From NCBI RefSeq assembly GCF_030028105.1, contig NC_092374.1:176786057-176850056 (forward strand): 64,000 nt of DNA. Reading direction: 5' to 3'. Below are positions 13,728 to 25,200 of the stretch, piece by piece. The notes under the pieces are model-generated. The model had not been told where the DNA came from and searched no databases. It saw only the letters and a list, made by a program, of their open reading frames with translations. The first letter of the stretch is position 1; each line of letters starts with the position of its first letter. A program made the translations under genes and the position numbers. The DNA comes from Mobula birostris (taxonomy: Eukaryota).

Positions 13728-13965
13728 TGATCACAAGTAAATGAGACATGGACTTCACAGTAAAGAGAGCTTTATTCATGATATCGTTGGTGCGGAGTGG
13801 GTTTTGAACTCCAAGTAATGCAGAGAACACAGCTTATTTTATAAATGATAGATAATTGTCTCTGTTAAAAGCCAAGACCATATCTAAAACAAACAAAGCT
13901 GCAACTACTTTCCATATTCGAAGAGCCAATATTAAACCATTGTCTATCAAAATCTTTAAATCACA
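13728..13965 (-). repeat. Candidate short ERV 3' LTR (~238 bp)
   Basis: Follows the purine-rich tract AAAAATGAGTGGATGGTGGAGGAAAA. It starts TG, contains TATAAAA (~13845-13838) and AATAAA (13776-13771), and ends ...TGTGATCA. No partner LTR in the window. Confidence 0.5.
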
Positions 13966-14145
13966 ATATTTTCCTCCACCATCCACTCATTTTTGATCTG
14001 AAGATCAACCATAAATATCTGAGTTTGCAAATGGGGTCTTATAACCCCGTGGTAAGAGTATAATTTTTAAACATTCTTTCTTCATTATACTCCAGGTCAT
14101 GAGTATCAGTGTTAACCCGAGGGAACATAGAAATGGGGAGGTTCA

Positions 14146-14586
14146 TTAAACAGGGTAGGGTTGCACATATGAGTCGAGTGGCAAAACACACACTATTACT
14201 ATAATGATAATAATTCTGTCATGTACTAACGTTCCCCACCAATGACCAAAGGTGTTCCCAAAGGGCCCCCAGCCCCCAGGAGGGTTATAACTATGGAAAT
14301 ATTCTCTAGTCTTACATATCCATCTTACACTTCTACTTCTCTGGATATTGCTGGCCAAGTGGGTAATGTTTTCAGATTCATTGGGATATAGGTACAACAT
14401 TCTTGCCTACAATGGCACACATTCCTCATTTCTCAGCTAAAATAAGATCTAAGACCAGCCTGTTTTTCAGGGCCACATTTCAAGTGGCTACTACTTCAGC
14501 AGTTAAGCCTAAGTATTATAATCACAGATAAGTCTAGATGCAAAAGCAATAAGGCAAATAAGTCCATATATCGTTAGCCACTTCAT
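14146..14586 (-). pseudogene. env: ERV env remnant: signal peptide joined directly to the TM subunit, disrupted
   Basis: MKWLTIYGLICLIAFASR starts 40 nt after the IN stop. It is followed by the ISD-like ALKNRLVLDLILAEK*G, a CX6CC motif CAIVGK(E)CCTYIP (two -1 shifts), then NESENITHLA, GWGPFGNTFGHWWG and the TM IIIIIVIVCVL. Confidence 0.85.
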
Positions 14587-14625
14587 TTTCCTTCAGTTTT
14601 CCTTCTTTTCCAGTACACTATCGGG

Positions 14626-15270
14626 CTACAGAAGAGAGAGCTGATACAGATTACACTTGGTTTTGTGCACCCAGTGGGCTTTGCCTTTTACCTCGACCAC
14701 ATTATGAGTGATTAGCAGCATTTGATAGCGTCCCTTCCACCAAGGAAAGAAAGCGAGTCTTTTCCATTGATTACATTTCTACATAATCATCTGGCTTAAA
14801 TGGATGTGTTTTTCCCTCCCCAGGTTTGGACACTTGTAATAGGAGTCTAGAACCATGGGGTAGGTCTTCCGATCAATACTTCAAAAGGGGTCAGTTTGGT
14901 AGTCCAATTAATATATTTCTTAAAGTACACAGAGCAGTTATCATGCCATTATCAATCCCAAATCTTAGCATACTTTGGCCAGAGTGTCTTTAAGTACTCA
15001 TTCATCCTTTCCAGCAATCCTGATGGTGGTGGTTAGTGGGACACATGCCACTCCCAGGAGAATCCCAGAAATTTCGCCAATGCTTTAATTAATTTCCCCA
15101 TAAAGTACGTTCCTCTATCACTGTTAAACTTACAAGGAATTCCAAATCAGGGAATAATTTTCTTCATCATTAATTTAATTACTGTACTAGTGTCATTTTT
15201 TTCATGTAGGAAAGGCCTCTATCCATTTAGAACATATGTCCACTATTACGAACAGATTCTTACTTCACCC
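14626..15270 (-). pseudogene. pol: ERV integrase (rve core and C-terminal domain), disrupted
   Basis: LFVIVDICSKWIEAFPT; IIP*FGIP..FNSDRGTYF; LGFSWEWH; SGLLERMNEYLK; LTPFEVLIGRP; HPFKPDDYV; WKGRYQMLLIT; GKAHWVHKTKC. Contains stops and frameshifts. Confidence 0.9.
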
Positions 15271-15561
15271 ACTTACTGACATATATACAAATTCATATAT
15301 ACAAATGCATATTTATGAATATATGCAGATTCATAAATAGTATAGACATTCACAGTTTTACTTTCATATAAGATGCAAGTTCTAGTGAGTACAAATAGCT
15401 CAGTGGCTTGCAATGATGTTCCTGAAGGGAGGAACCCACTTCCAATACCTCAGAAGGAGTCAGCACAGCATATTCAGTCAGTATCTCAAAATCATTAGGT
15501 TTCCACAATGAATCATTAGTAAAAACAATCAGGTCTGGGTTTCCTAAAGGAGTAGAACACA

Positions 15562-15720
15562 GGCTACGACCACACTAGACCGGATAATTTTGAAAAAGCT
15601 GGCTTTGCGTAAAAAACGACAGGTGTCCACACTAGGCGTTTTTAAAAATACCTCTGTCCGCATTAAAACAGATATTTCGGCGAATCTCCTCCTACTGGGC
15701 ATGTGCAGGACACACAAAAA
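15562..15720. mobile_element. Orphan terminus of a PIF/Harbinger-like DNA transposon or MITE
   Basis: Begins GGCTACGACCACACTAGAC, with an internal repeat GTCCACACTAG, and is locally CpG-rich. No matching opposite TIR was seen; family assignment is from memory of TIR motifs. Confidence 0.5.
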
Positions 15721-15799
15721 ACAAGCAAAGAGGGAACGATATACTTGGTGCACGTTTATTCAGTTACAGACTAGAAAAACTTAAAAGGAAATGATCTTG

Positions 15800-16160
15800 G
15801 AGTTTTGAACAATGTGAGGGGATTTCACAAGCCAACCAAATATTAAAATGACTGCATAGAGTGGATATGAAGAAGATGTTTTCAATAATGAAAGAGTCAA
15901 GGACAGAGCCTCAGAATGGAAGGATGTTGCTTTCGAATACAGAAGAAGAATTTCTTTAGCCAGAGAGTGGTCCATCCATGAAATTCATTGTCAGACATGG
16001 TTGTGAGGCTAAGTTGTTAATTAAGAGGTTCTTGATTAGTCAAGATATCAAAGGTTACCAGGAGATGGTAGGCTAATTGTGTTGAGAGGAAAAATAAATC
16101 AGCTATTATCAAATAGCGGAGCAGCTGCAATGGGCCAAACAATCTAATTCGGCTCCTATA
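15800..16160 (+). mobile_element. CR1 LINE 3' end, degenerate
   Basis: aagagtcaaggacagagcctcagaat...aagaatttctttagccagagagtgg...aatgggccaaac...aattcggctcctatatct. Confidence 0.7.
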
Positions 16161-16939
16161 TCTGATGATTTGTATTCTTATAAACAATGAAAATTTTTGA
16201 AATTAACAAAATCTTATGGTCTACAAAGCACAGACTAATTGTCCAGAGCAGGTGGATGCTCAAAAGTTGTGGCTAGCAAACTAAAGTGGCCATGAGACGT
16301 TGCCAAGTGCATTAGCCAGATGTAAGCCAATCGGAGTAGATATCAAGCACTTTCAGTTTAAGTTATTTAGCACCTTTACAACTGAGATCAAGGACACTTC
16401 CAGACCACATACTGTGTAACTTAGCACATCAAACACTGTCATTGGCTTATTTGCTATATTAGTAATTGCGATTATTTATGCACTAGAAATTTGTCCTCAA
16501 AATTCTATTTCAGGTGTCTGGGGTATCTGTCCTCAAAAACTTTATGAAACATCCATGTGAATTACAATTTCTCAGAGAAGGTATCTGAAAATTCAGAGCT
16601 TTCTTGTTAGTTGCAGTGTGCTTTCTTTTTAAGTATGTACTGTGATTATACAGAATCATCTGTCAGACTCAAACTATTACACTATGTCATTGTAGTAATT
16701 GAAATAGTGTTGAAAGATCCACTGTTATGTGTATTCTTCGGAATATAAATATCTGATGTGTTTTTGAGTTCAGGGAGACTCTACTGAAAGAATATCCAAG
16801 AGAATGATGCTCTTCATAATGACTGTGAAGATTCTGTATGGTAGAAATACTCTGTTCTCTAGGTTCCATCCACTAATGGACATGGAGGGGCTGTGTTGGG
16901 TAAGGATGCCCCTCAAACAATGAAAGTGTGTATCGTTTC

Positions 16940-17470
16940 ATGGAGCCACAGATAACTAATTCACACCATTACATTGAATATATTAGGTTATGGCAATGCA
17001 CGTTTTACTGGCCTTCTGAAGAAATTTATTGATAAACCAACACATTCAGAATGCCACTGCTACACTCTCAGCTAAAACCAGGATAAGGGAGCACATCACT
17101 CCTATCTTAACTACTCTGCATTGGCTTCCTGTGTTTTTTGGAATTGATTTCAAAGTTCTCTTACTTGCTTATAATGCTCTCAGTGCTCTGAGACTTGTGT
17201 ACGTCATAGAATCACTATTGTTTTATAATCCTGTTCAATCTCTCAGGTCTTCTTCCACTGCTCCCTTAAAATTAAACAATCACCCTCAAAAGCTAATTAG
17301 CAGATCAGCTTTTTAAAATATGCTCCTAAACTTTGGAACTCAATATCTAAATCTATAATGAATGCAGATTCAGCTGACATATTTAAATGCCTAAGTCTGT
17401 TTATTTAACCCTGCTTTCAAATAGCAACTTTTTGTCTTTACATTTGCACTTTATCCCATCTTAAAGCACA
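16940..17470 (+). mobile_element. L2-clade LINE 3' fragment
   Basis: ORF 17029..17316 REHITPILTTLHWLPV..IDFKVLLLAYNAL...YNPVQSLRSS, the diagnostic L2 C-terminal motif. Confidence 0.82.
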
Positions 17471-17604
17471 TTGAACTACATCATTTGTAAGAGAACTGCT
17501 CTATATATTAAGTTACTATTTAGTGTTAATACTATCGTATGAATTGACCTAATGATACTAACAAAGTAAAGAATTTTGCAATGTTTCTCTTTTAGTCTGC
17601 ATAA

Positions 17605-17610
17605 TTTATT
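17605..17610 (-). terminator. Candidate poly(A) signal of the MHC-I-like gene
   Basis: First AATAAA I found on the minus strand downstream of the stop; it would give a ~1.4 kb 3' UTR. No transcript evidence. Confidence 0.3.
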
Positions 17611-19018
17611 ATGAATAAAGATTATTTTTGAAATTATGAAAGCTTGGCATGATAAAGACATTTGGCTTCAATCAGCTTCCGGTCTCCTGTGACTCAGTCA
17701 CAGAACCAGCATCTGTAGTTCTTTTAAATATTATTTTGCCATCAGCTTAAAGATGTTGCTGAAACTATAGGATGTCAACAGTACAGCACACTACAGGCCC
17801 TTCAGCCTGTGATGTTGTACTTTAACTTCCACCAAGATCAATCTAACCCTTCTCTCTGTTTTTTTTTTCATCCATGTTTCTATCTAAAAGTCTCAATGTT
17901 CCTTTGGGTGCACCAAATATTATAGACAAGGTGAGCTTGGTAATTGGAAATGCTCAGATCTTTAGGCAGCTGTAGACAAACATCCGGTTGATGTGAGGTG
18001 AGAGATGGGTTCTGCACCTCTGCTTTTGGATAATGATCTCCTCGCTTTGTAATGACGGAATAGTCAACCGGTCAAAAAGAGGAAAATATAAATTGTAATT
18101 ATTCAACATAGAAATACACATCTCCAGACAGGTATTTCAAGGCTGGTTAAAAAGTAAACTTGCTTATATTCTCTTTGACTAAAGAAACTTCATGCAAATA
18201 CAGCACTGCAAAAGTAAAATAAAAAAATCTCATTACTCTGTTAGCAATGACAGATGTCTCGCTCAGATATAGTGTGCTTTTTTAAAATCAATCCTCCCAA
18301 AGACTACTCTAATAAATTATAAAAATCAGAAGCAATGCTCATTGGAAACATAATAAAACTGTGTACAATGCATGTAAAAGATATTCACAGTTATTGCAAC
18401 ACCACACACTTAGACACTGAGTTTTGTTGCCAGTCTGCCCTCCAGACAGCATTCCACAACTAGGCCCAGCACACATTACATTGTTCAATAAAAACACGCA
18501 TGACATGGTCCAGGATTAAAACAAAGATAGCCCTTAAGGCTAGCCCAAAAAGTACACTGAAGTATGGTGAGGAGTTAAAAGCAACATAAAATTAATTCTC
18601 CACTGTACCATCAAGTAGCTGATGAAGTAATGCAGAGTATGTTGTGGAGAGTCTTGACAAATGGGCAAGTGAACTAGGAGCAGGAATCAGTTGTGAGCCC
18701 CTTTCAACACGTTCTATCATTCAGTGAAATTATGGACAGTCCGATACTGAGCATTTTTCTACATAATTTCCCAAATCCTTGATTAACCTATGTTCCAAAA
18801 ACCTGAATTTCACAGTCTTGGAAACATTCATTGAACCTGACACTGGAGCAAGAATTGAAATTGAAGAAATTCATGTGTCTCTGGAAGGAAATTCCACCTC
18901 ATTTCTATTTTAAATGGATGAACCCTTATAACAAATCTATGCCCTATTAACAGGTTTGGAACATCAGGGAATAGGTAGTAAATACAACAATCACAACACT
19001 AATGGATGAAATGAAAAG

Positions 19019-19236
19019 CTAATTGTCAGCGCTGAGGAAGCCTTTGTCTCTCCTGGTCACAACAGTACACTGTTGATCATGGTTGATTTCAGCAGGTCCT
19101 TGCTGGTTACTCAGAGGTTTGCTGTAATTCTTCTTCCTCCAGAAGCCAATTCCAATGATGATCCCGAGGAGAATGAGTGGAATGATTGCAACTCCAGCCA
19201 CAGTTACTGTCTTTGTATCTTTCTTTGTTGTCCTCT
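19019..19236 (-). CDS. MHC-I-like exon 5: connecting peptide, transmembrane helix, cytoplasmic tail and stop
   Basis: Acceptor ttctctatgtatccacag, phase 1. Encodes [35 protein letters not shown], stop-transfer RKK and a tail ending at TAG 19021-19019. Confidence 0.88.
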
Positions 19237-22200
19237 CTGTGGATACATAGAGAATATTTCAATTTTTTTGATAACCACTTTGTAACATTTTATTATCTGC
19301 ATTAAACTTGTACTGTTCACATCAAGTTATAATGTAATTTAGACATAGATACAGAAAATATAGAAACATACAAAATCTACAGCAGAATACAGGCCTTTTG
19401 GCCCACTATGCTGTGCCAAACATGTACTTACTTAGAAACTACCTAAGGTTACCCATAGCCCTCTATTTTTCTCAGCTCCAAGTACCTATCCAAGAATGCC
19501 TATGATCTTCTGCAGAGCTATGTTTAAAATAAATCAATGTAAAAACTTTTAAGTTCATATTAACATTGAGACATCATTTACAACTTCGGGTAGGATTGTG
19601 GCATGAGTGAAAGTAATTGCTTCTTGGGGGCCAAGAAAAGATATCTTTTTCTTTGTAAAATTTGCTTTTAACAATCCAAAGACAATTTTACTCCAAGAAT
19701 TTTGAGTACTGCAGGGCTACTCCATCAGTGAACTACTCATTGATCACAATAGCTGCACTGCTGTTGGAAGTGGCGTAAGCTGAGATATTGCAGGGACCGA
19801 CTGGATGTGGGAGAAGGAGCCAGTTGAGATATCAGGAAAGGAGATGATCAAGATGTTAGAGGAGCCAGTTTCGGTATGAAAGAGCTGACCTGGCTGAAGA
19901 CCGTGTTCCTGTCTGCTACTTGGAAGCATCGGAATTAGTTCAATATAACCGTGGGAGATTGTCTTGGTCATTTCATTTGCAATCACAAGACGCTGATCAA
20001 CAGTGATAATTTAAGTTGCCACAGGCCTGTTACCCTTGCCATGATGGAATGGTGGAACAGACCTGATAGGCCAAATGGCCTTTCTCTATAGTCTTATGGT
20101 CTAAACCAGAACATCCCAAATATAGCCATCAGCATTTGCCTCGCTGTTGACCTGGCTCCATGGCTGTAGCCTATTGCCAGTCTCTTTATAGAAACATAGA
20201 AACAGTGAAAAAACCTACAGTACAATACAGGCACTTTGGCCCACAAAGTTGTGCCGAACATGTCCCTGCCTTAGAAATTACGAGGCTTACCTATAACCCT
20301 CTATTTTTCTAAGCTCCATGTACATATCCAAAAGTCTCTTAAAGGACCCCATTGTATCCACCTCCACCACGGTTGCTGGCAGTCCATTCCATGCACTCAC
20401 CACTCTCTGAATAAAAAACTTACCCCTGACATCTCCTCTGTACCTGCTCCCCAGCATCTTAAACTGGTGTCCTCTTGTGGCAACCATTTCAGCCCTGAGA
20501 AAAAGCCTCTGACTATCCACATGATCAGTGCCTCTCATCATCTTATACTCCTCTATCAGGTCACCTCTCATCCTCCGTCGCTCCAAGGAGAAAAGGCCAA
20601 GTTCACTCAACCTACTTTCATAAGACATGCTCCCCAATCCAGGCAACATCCTTGTAAATCTCCTCTGCACCTTTTCTATGGCTTCCAAATTCTTCCCGTA
20701 GTGAGGTGACCAGAACTGAGCACAGTACTCCAAGTGGGGTCTGACCAGGGTCTTATATAGCTGCACCATTACCTCTCAGCTCCTAAATTCAATCCTACGA
20801 TTGATGAAGGCCAATACACTGTACACCTTGTCAACCACAGAGTCAACCTGTGCAGTTACTTTGAGCGTTCTATGGACTCGGACCTCAAGATCCCTCTGAT
20901 CCTCCACACTGCCAAGAGTCTTAACATCAATATTATATTCTGCCATCACATTTGACCTACCAAAATGAACAACGTCACACTTATCTGGGTTGAACTCCAT
21001 CAGCCACTTCTCAGCCTAGTTTTGCATCCTATCAATGTCCTGCTGTAACATCAGACAGTCCTCCACAATATCCACAACACCTTCAAGCTTTGTATCATCA
21101 GCAAACTTACTATCCATTTCCTCCACTTCTTCATCCAGGTCATTTATAAAAATCAAAAAGAGTAAGGGTCCCAGAACAGATCCCTGAGGCACTCCACTGG
21201 TGACCGACCTCCATGCAGAATATGACCCATCTATGACCACTCTTTGCCTTCTATGTGCAAGCCAGTTCTGGATCCACAAAGCAATGTCCTCTTGGATCCC
21301 ATGCCTCCTTACTTTCACAATAAACTTTGCATGGGGTACCTTATCAAATGCCTTGCTGAAATCCATATACACTACATCTACTGCTCTTCCTTCATCAATG
21401 TGTTTAGTCACATCCTCAAAAAATTCAATCAGGTTCGTAAGGCACGACCTGACAAAGCCATGTTGATTATTCCTAATTATATTATACATCTCTAAATGTT
21501 CATAAATCCTGCCTCTCAGGATCTTCTCCATCAACTTACCAACCACTGAGGTAAGATTTACTGGTCTATAATTTCCTGGGCTATCTCTACTCCCTTTCTT
21601 GAATAAAGGAACAACATCCACAACTCTCCAATCCTACGGAACCACTCCCCTCCCCATTAATGGTGCAAAGATCATCGCTGGAGGCTCGGCAATCTCCTCC
21701 CTCACCTCCCACAGTAGTCTGGGGTACATCTCATCCAGTCCCGGCAACTTATCCAACTTGAAGCTTCCGAAAATCTCCAGCACATCCTCTTTCTTAATAT
21801 CTACGTGCTCAAGCTTTTCAGTCTGCTGCAAGTCATCACTACAATCACCAAGATCCTTTTCCACAGTGAATACTAAAGTATTCATCAAGTACCTGTTCTA
21901 TTTCCTTCAGATCCATACTCACGTCCTCACTGTCACACTTGATAGGTCCTATTCTTTCATGTCTTATCCTTTTGCTCTTCACATACTTGTAGAATGCCTT
22001 GCAGTTTTCTTTAATCCTTCCTGCCAAGGCGTTCTCATGGCCCCTTCTGGCTCTCCTAATTTCCTTCTTCAGCTCCTTCCTATTCGCCTTATAATCTTCT
22101 AGATGTCTAAAATTACTTAGCTCTTTGAACCTTTTGTAAGCTTTGCTTTTCTTCTTGACTAGATTTATTACAACATTGTTACACCATGGTTCCTGTACCT

Positions 22201-25200
22201 TACTATAACTTCCCTGTCTCATTGGAACATACCTATGCCGACCTCCACACAAATATCCTCTGAATATTTGCCACACTTCTTCTGTAGTTTTCCCTGAGAA
22301 CATCTGTTTCCAACTTAAGCCTCCAATTTCCTGCCTGATAGTCTCATAATTCTCCTTACTCCAATTAAGCGCTTTTCTAACTTGTCTTTTCCTATCTCTC
22401 TCCAATGCTATTGCAAAGGAGATAGGATTATGATCACTATCTCCAAAATGCTTTCCTACTGAGAGATCTGACACCTGACCAGGTTCATTTTCCAATACTA
22501 AATCAAGTACAGCCTCTCCTCTTGTAAGCTTATCTACATATTGTGTCATGATACCTTCCTGAACAGACCTAACAAACACCACCCCATCTAAACACCTTGA
22601 TCTAGGGAGATGCCAATCGATATTTGGGAAATTAAAGCCTCCCATCACGACAACTCTGTTATTACTACATTTTTCCAGGATCTGTTTCCCTATCTGTTCC
22701 TTGAAATCCCTTTTACTACTGGGCAGCCTATAAAAAAACCCAGTAAAGTTATTGACCCCTTCGTGTTCCTAACCTCCACCCACAGAGACTCCATAGACAA
22801 TCCCTCTACAGTGTCCAACTTTTCTGCAGCCGTGACACTATCTCTGATCAACAGTGCCACACCCCTACTTCTTCTGTCTCCCTCCCTGTCCTTTCTGAAA
22901 CATCTAAAACCCGGCACTTGAAGTAACTGTTCCTGTTCCTGAGCCATCCAAGTCTCTGTAATGGCCACCACATTGTATCTCCAAGAACTGATCCACACTC
23001 TAAGTTCATCCACTTTGTTCACAACACTCCTTGCGTTAAAATAGACGCAGCTCAAACCTTCGGTCTGAGCGTATCCCTGCTCTATCACCTGCCTATCCTC
23101 CCTCTCACACTGTCTACCAGCTTTCTCTATTTGTCAGCCAACCTCCTCTTCCCCAGTCTCTTCAGTTCAGTTCCCAATCCCCAAAAATTCTAGTTTAAAC
23201 TCTCCCCTGTAGCCTTAGCAAACCTCCCCACCAGCATATTGGTCCCCCTGGGATTCAAGTGCGACCTGCCTTTTTTGTACGGGTCACACCTGCCCCAAAA
23301 GAGGTCCCAATGATCCAGCAATCTGATTCTCTGCCCCCTGCTCCAATCCCTCAGCCACACATTTATCCTACACCTCATTCTATTCCTATTCTCACTGTCG
23401 CGTGCCATAGGCAGTAATCCCGAGATTACTACCTTTGTGGTCCTGCTTCTCAACTTTCTTCCTAACTCCCTGTAGTCTTTTTTCAGGACCTCTTCCCTTT
23501 TCCTACCTATGTCATTGGTACCAATATGTACCACAACCTCTGGCTGTTCTCCCTCCCACTGCAGGATATCTTGGACGCAATCTGAAATATCCCAGACCCT
23601 GGCACCTGGGAGGCAAGCTACCATCCTAGTTTTATTCCTGCATCCACAGAATCGCCTGTCTGACCCCCTAACTATAGAGTCCCCTATCACTACTGCCTTC
23701 CTCTTCTTTTGCCTACCCTTCTGAGCCACAAGGGCAGACTCTATGCCAGAGGCACATCCACTGTCGCTTCCCCCAGGTAGGCTGTCCCCGCCGTCAGCAC
23801 TTAAACAGGAGAACTTATTGTCAAAGGGGTACAGCCACAGGGGTACTCTTTAGTACCTGACTCTTCCGCTTCTCCCTCCTGACTGTGACCCACTTGTCTG
23901 TCTCCTGTGGCCCCGGTGTGACCAACTGCCTATAACTCCTTTCTATCACCTCCTCGATCTCCCTGACCGGGTGAGGGTCATCGAGCTGCATCTCCAGTTC
24001 CCCAACTCAGTCTCTTAGGAGCTGCAGCTCGACACACCTGGTTCAGATATGGCTGTCCAGGAGACTGGGAAACTCCAGGACCTCCCGCATCTGGCACCAT
24101 GCATACTTCCTCCTTTCCACAAATAACACAGGTAAACCTACCTCTACTTACCGACCCTTGTCTGGTGGTGGGATAGAAGACATGGAAGTTGTGTGGCCTT
24201 GGTTCTAGTGAGGGCTAGGTTTCAAGCCTTGGGCTTGCCTGCTACTGCAGACCAGGGGAGAACCGTGGCATCTATGCTCGGCTGGGACTTGGCCCCTTCC
24301 ATTGCTGCTGTTCGTCCATGTTTGAGAGGTGGAATGACAGGCTAGATTGCATGCATCTGCATGCTGTCGGGACGCTGTACCATGATTGCCGGACTTTGTC
24401 GCTAAGGTTCTTGAACTATATACATGTTTTTTTGAATGAATGTGCTTCTTCACTGGCTATGTTGAATCATGTTACTTACTCTTTTGAATGCTTGCTTGCT
24501 ATCATGAATGCTTTGTACATTGGCCCCAGAGGAATGCTGTCTCATTCGGCTGTATCTATGTATGGGTTGAATGATGATTAAACTTGATTTGATTTGATTT
24601 GAACAGAAACAGTTTTGCTATCACTGGCATAGATGAGGTGAAGTTATCAGCAGCAACACAGCATATAAACATAAAATTGCTTTAATTTACAAAAAAAAAT
24701 GCACAGTGCAAAAAAGAAGAATAATGGGGTAGTGTTCATGGGTTGATGGACATTTCAGCAATTTGGTAGTGGAGGGGAAGGAGATGTTTTTGAATCACTG
24801 AGTGTTGGTCTTCAAGATTATGTACCTCATCCCCAATGGTAGGAACAAAAATAGAGCATCTCCAGGGTAATTAAAATTTCAGAGAAACAAACAAGTACCA
24901 GAAATATATAGATTAGTGTTCAGTTGTGAAGTCAATAAAGATATTTCCTTCTTATGTTTTTGGACTGCAAAGAAATTTACTAAAACAAATGGAAATAAAG
25001 AAGTTTATAACTATAAGACTTCAAAAGCTTTAAGCTCTGTTGACACATTGCAATTCGGTGGTCTCTCTCTCCCTCTTTCCCTCTCTCTCTCCTTTCTTTC
25101 TTCCCTCATTCTGTATCTGTCTATCTCTTACATAAACACACACATGGATAAAGTTACAATCAGTTTGTACTGATCAGCTATCTTCAGAACATCAGAAGGG

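Larger units (their letters stand above)
13728..15270 (-). mobile_element. Class I (gamma/epsilon-like) endogenous retrovirus remnant: 3' pol (integrase), internally deleted env, PPT-like tract and candidate 3' LTR
   Basis: Manual minus-strand translation gives integrase and env TM motifs in the canonical pol-env-LTR order. Confidence 0.88.

Noticed and set aside
19100-19135. CD1-like YXXPhi endocytic motif in the tail (NYSKPL)
   Set aside because: The Y+3 residue is Pro, not a bulky hydrophobic; DKGFLS is also not a true [DE]XXXL[LI] dileucine motif.
19744-19986. 80-aa minus-strand ORF in intron 4 as an extra or alternative exon
   Set aside because: No recognisable domain or convincing splice sites, and exon 4 to exon 5 already joins in frame.
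25064-25145. (CT)n/(AC)n-rich tract as a functional element
   Set aside because: An ordinary imperfect microsatellite.
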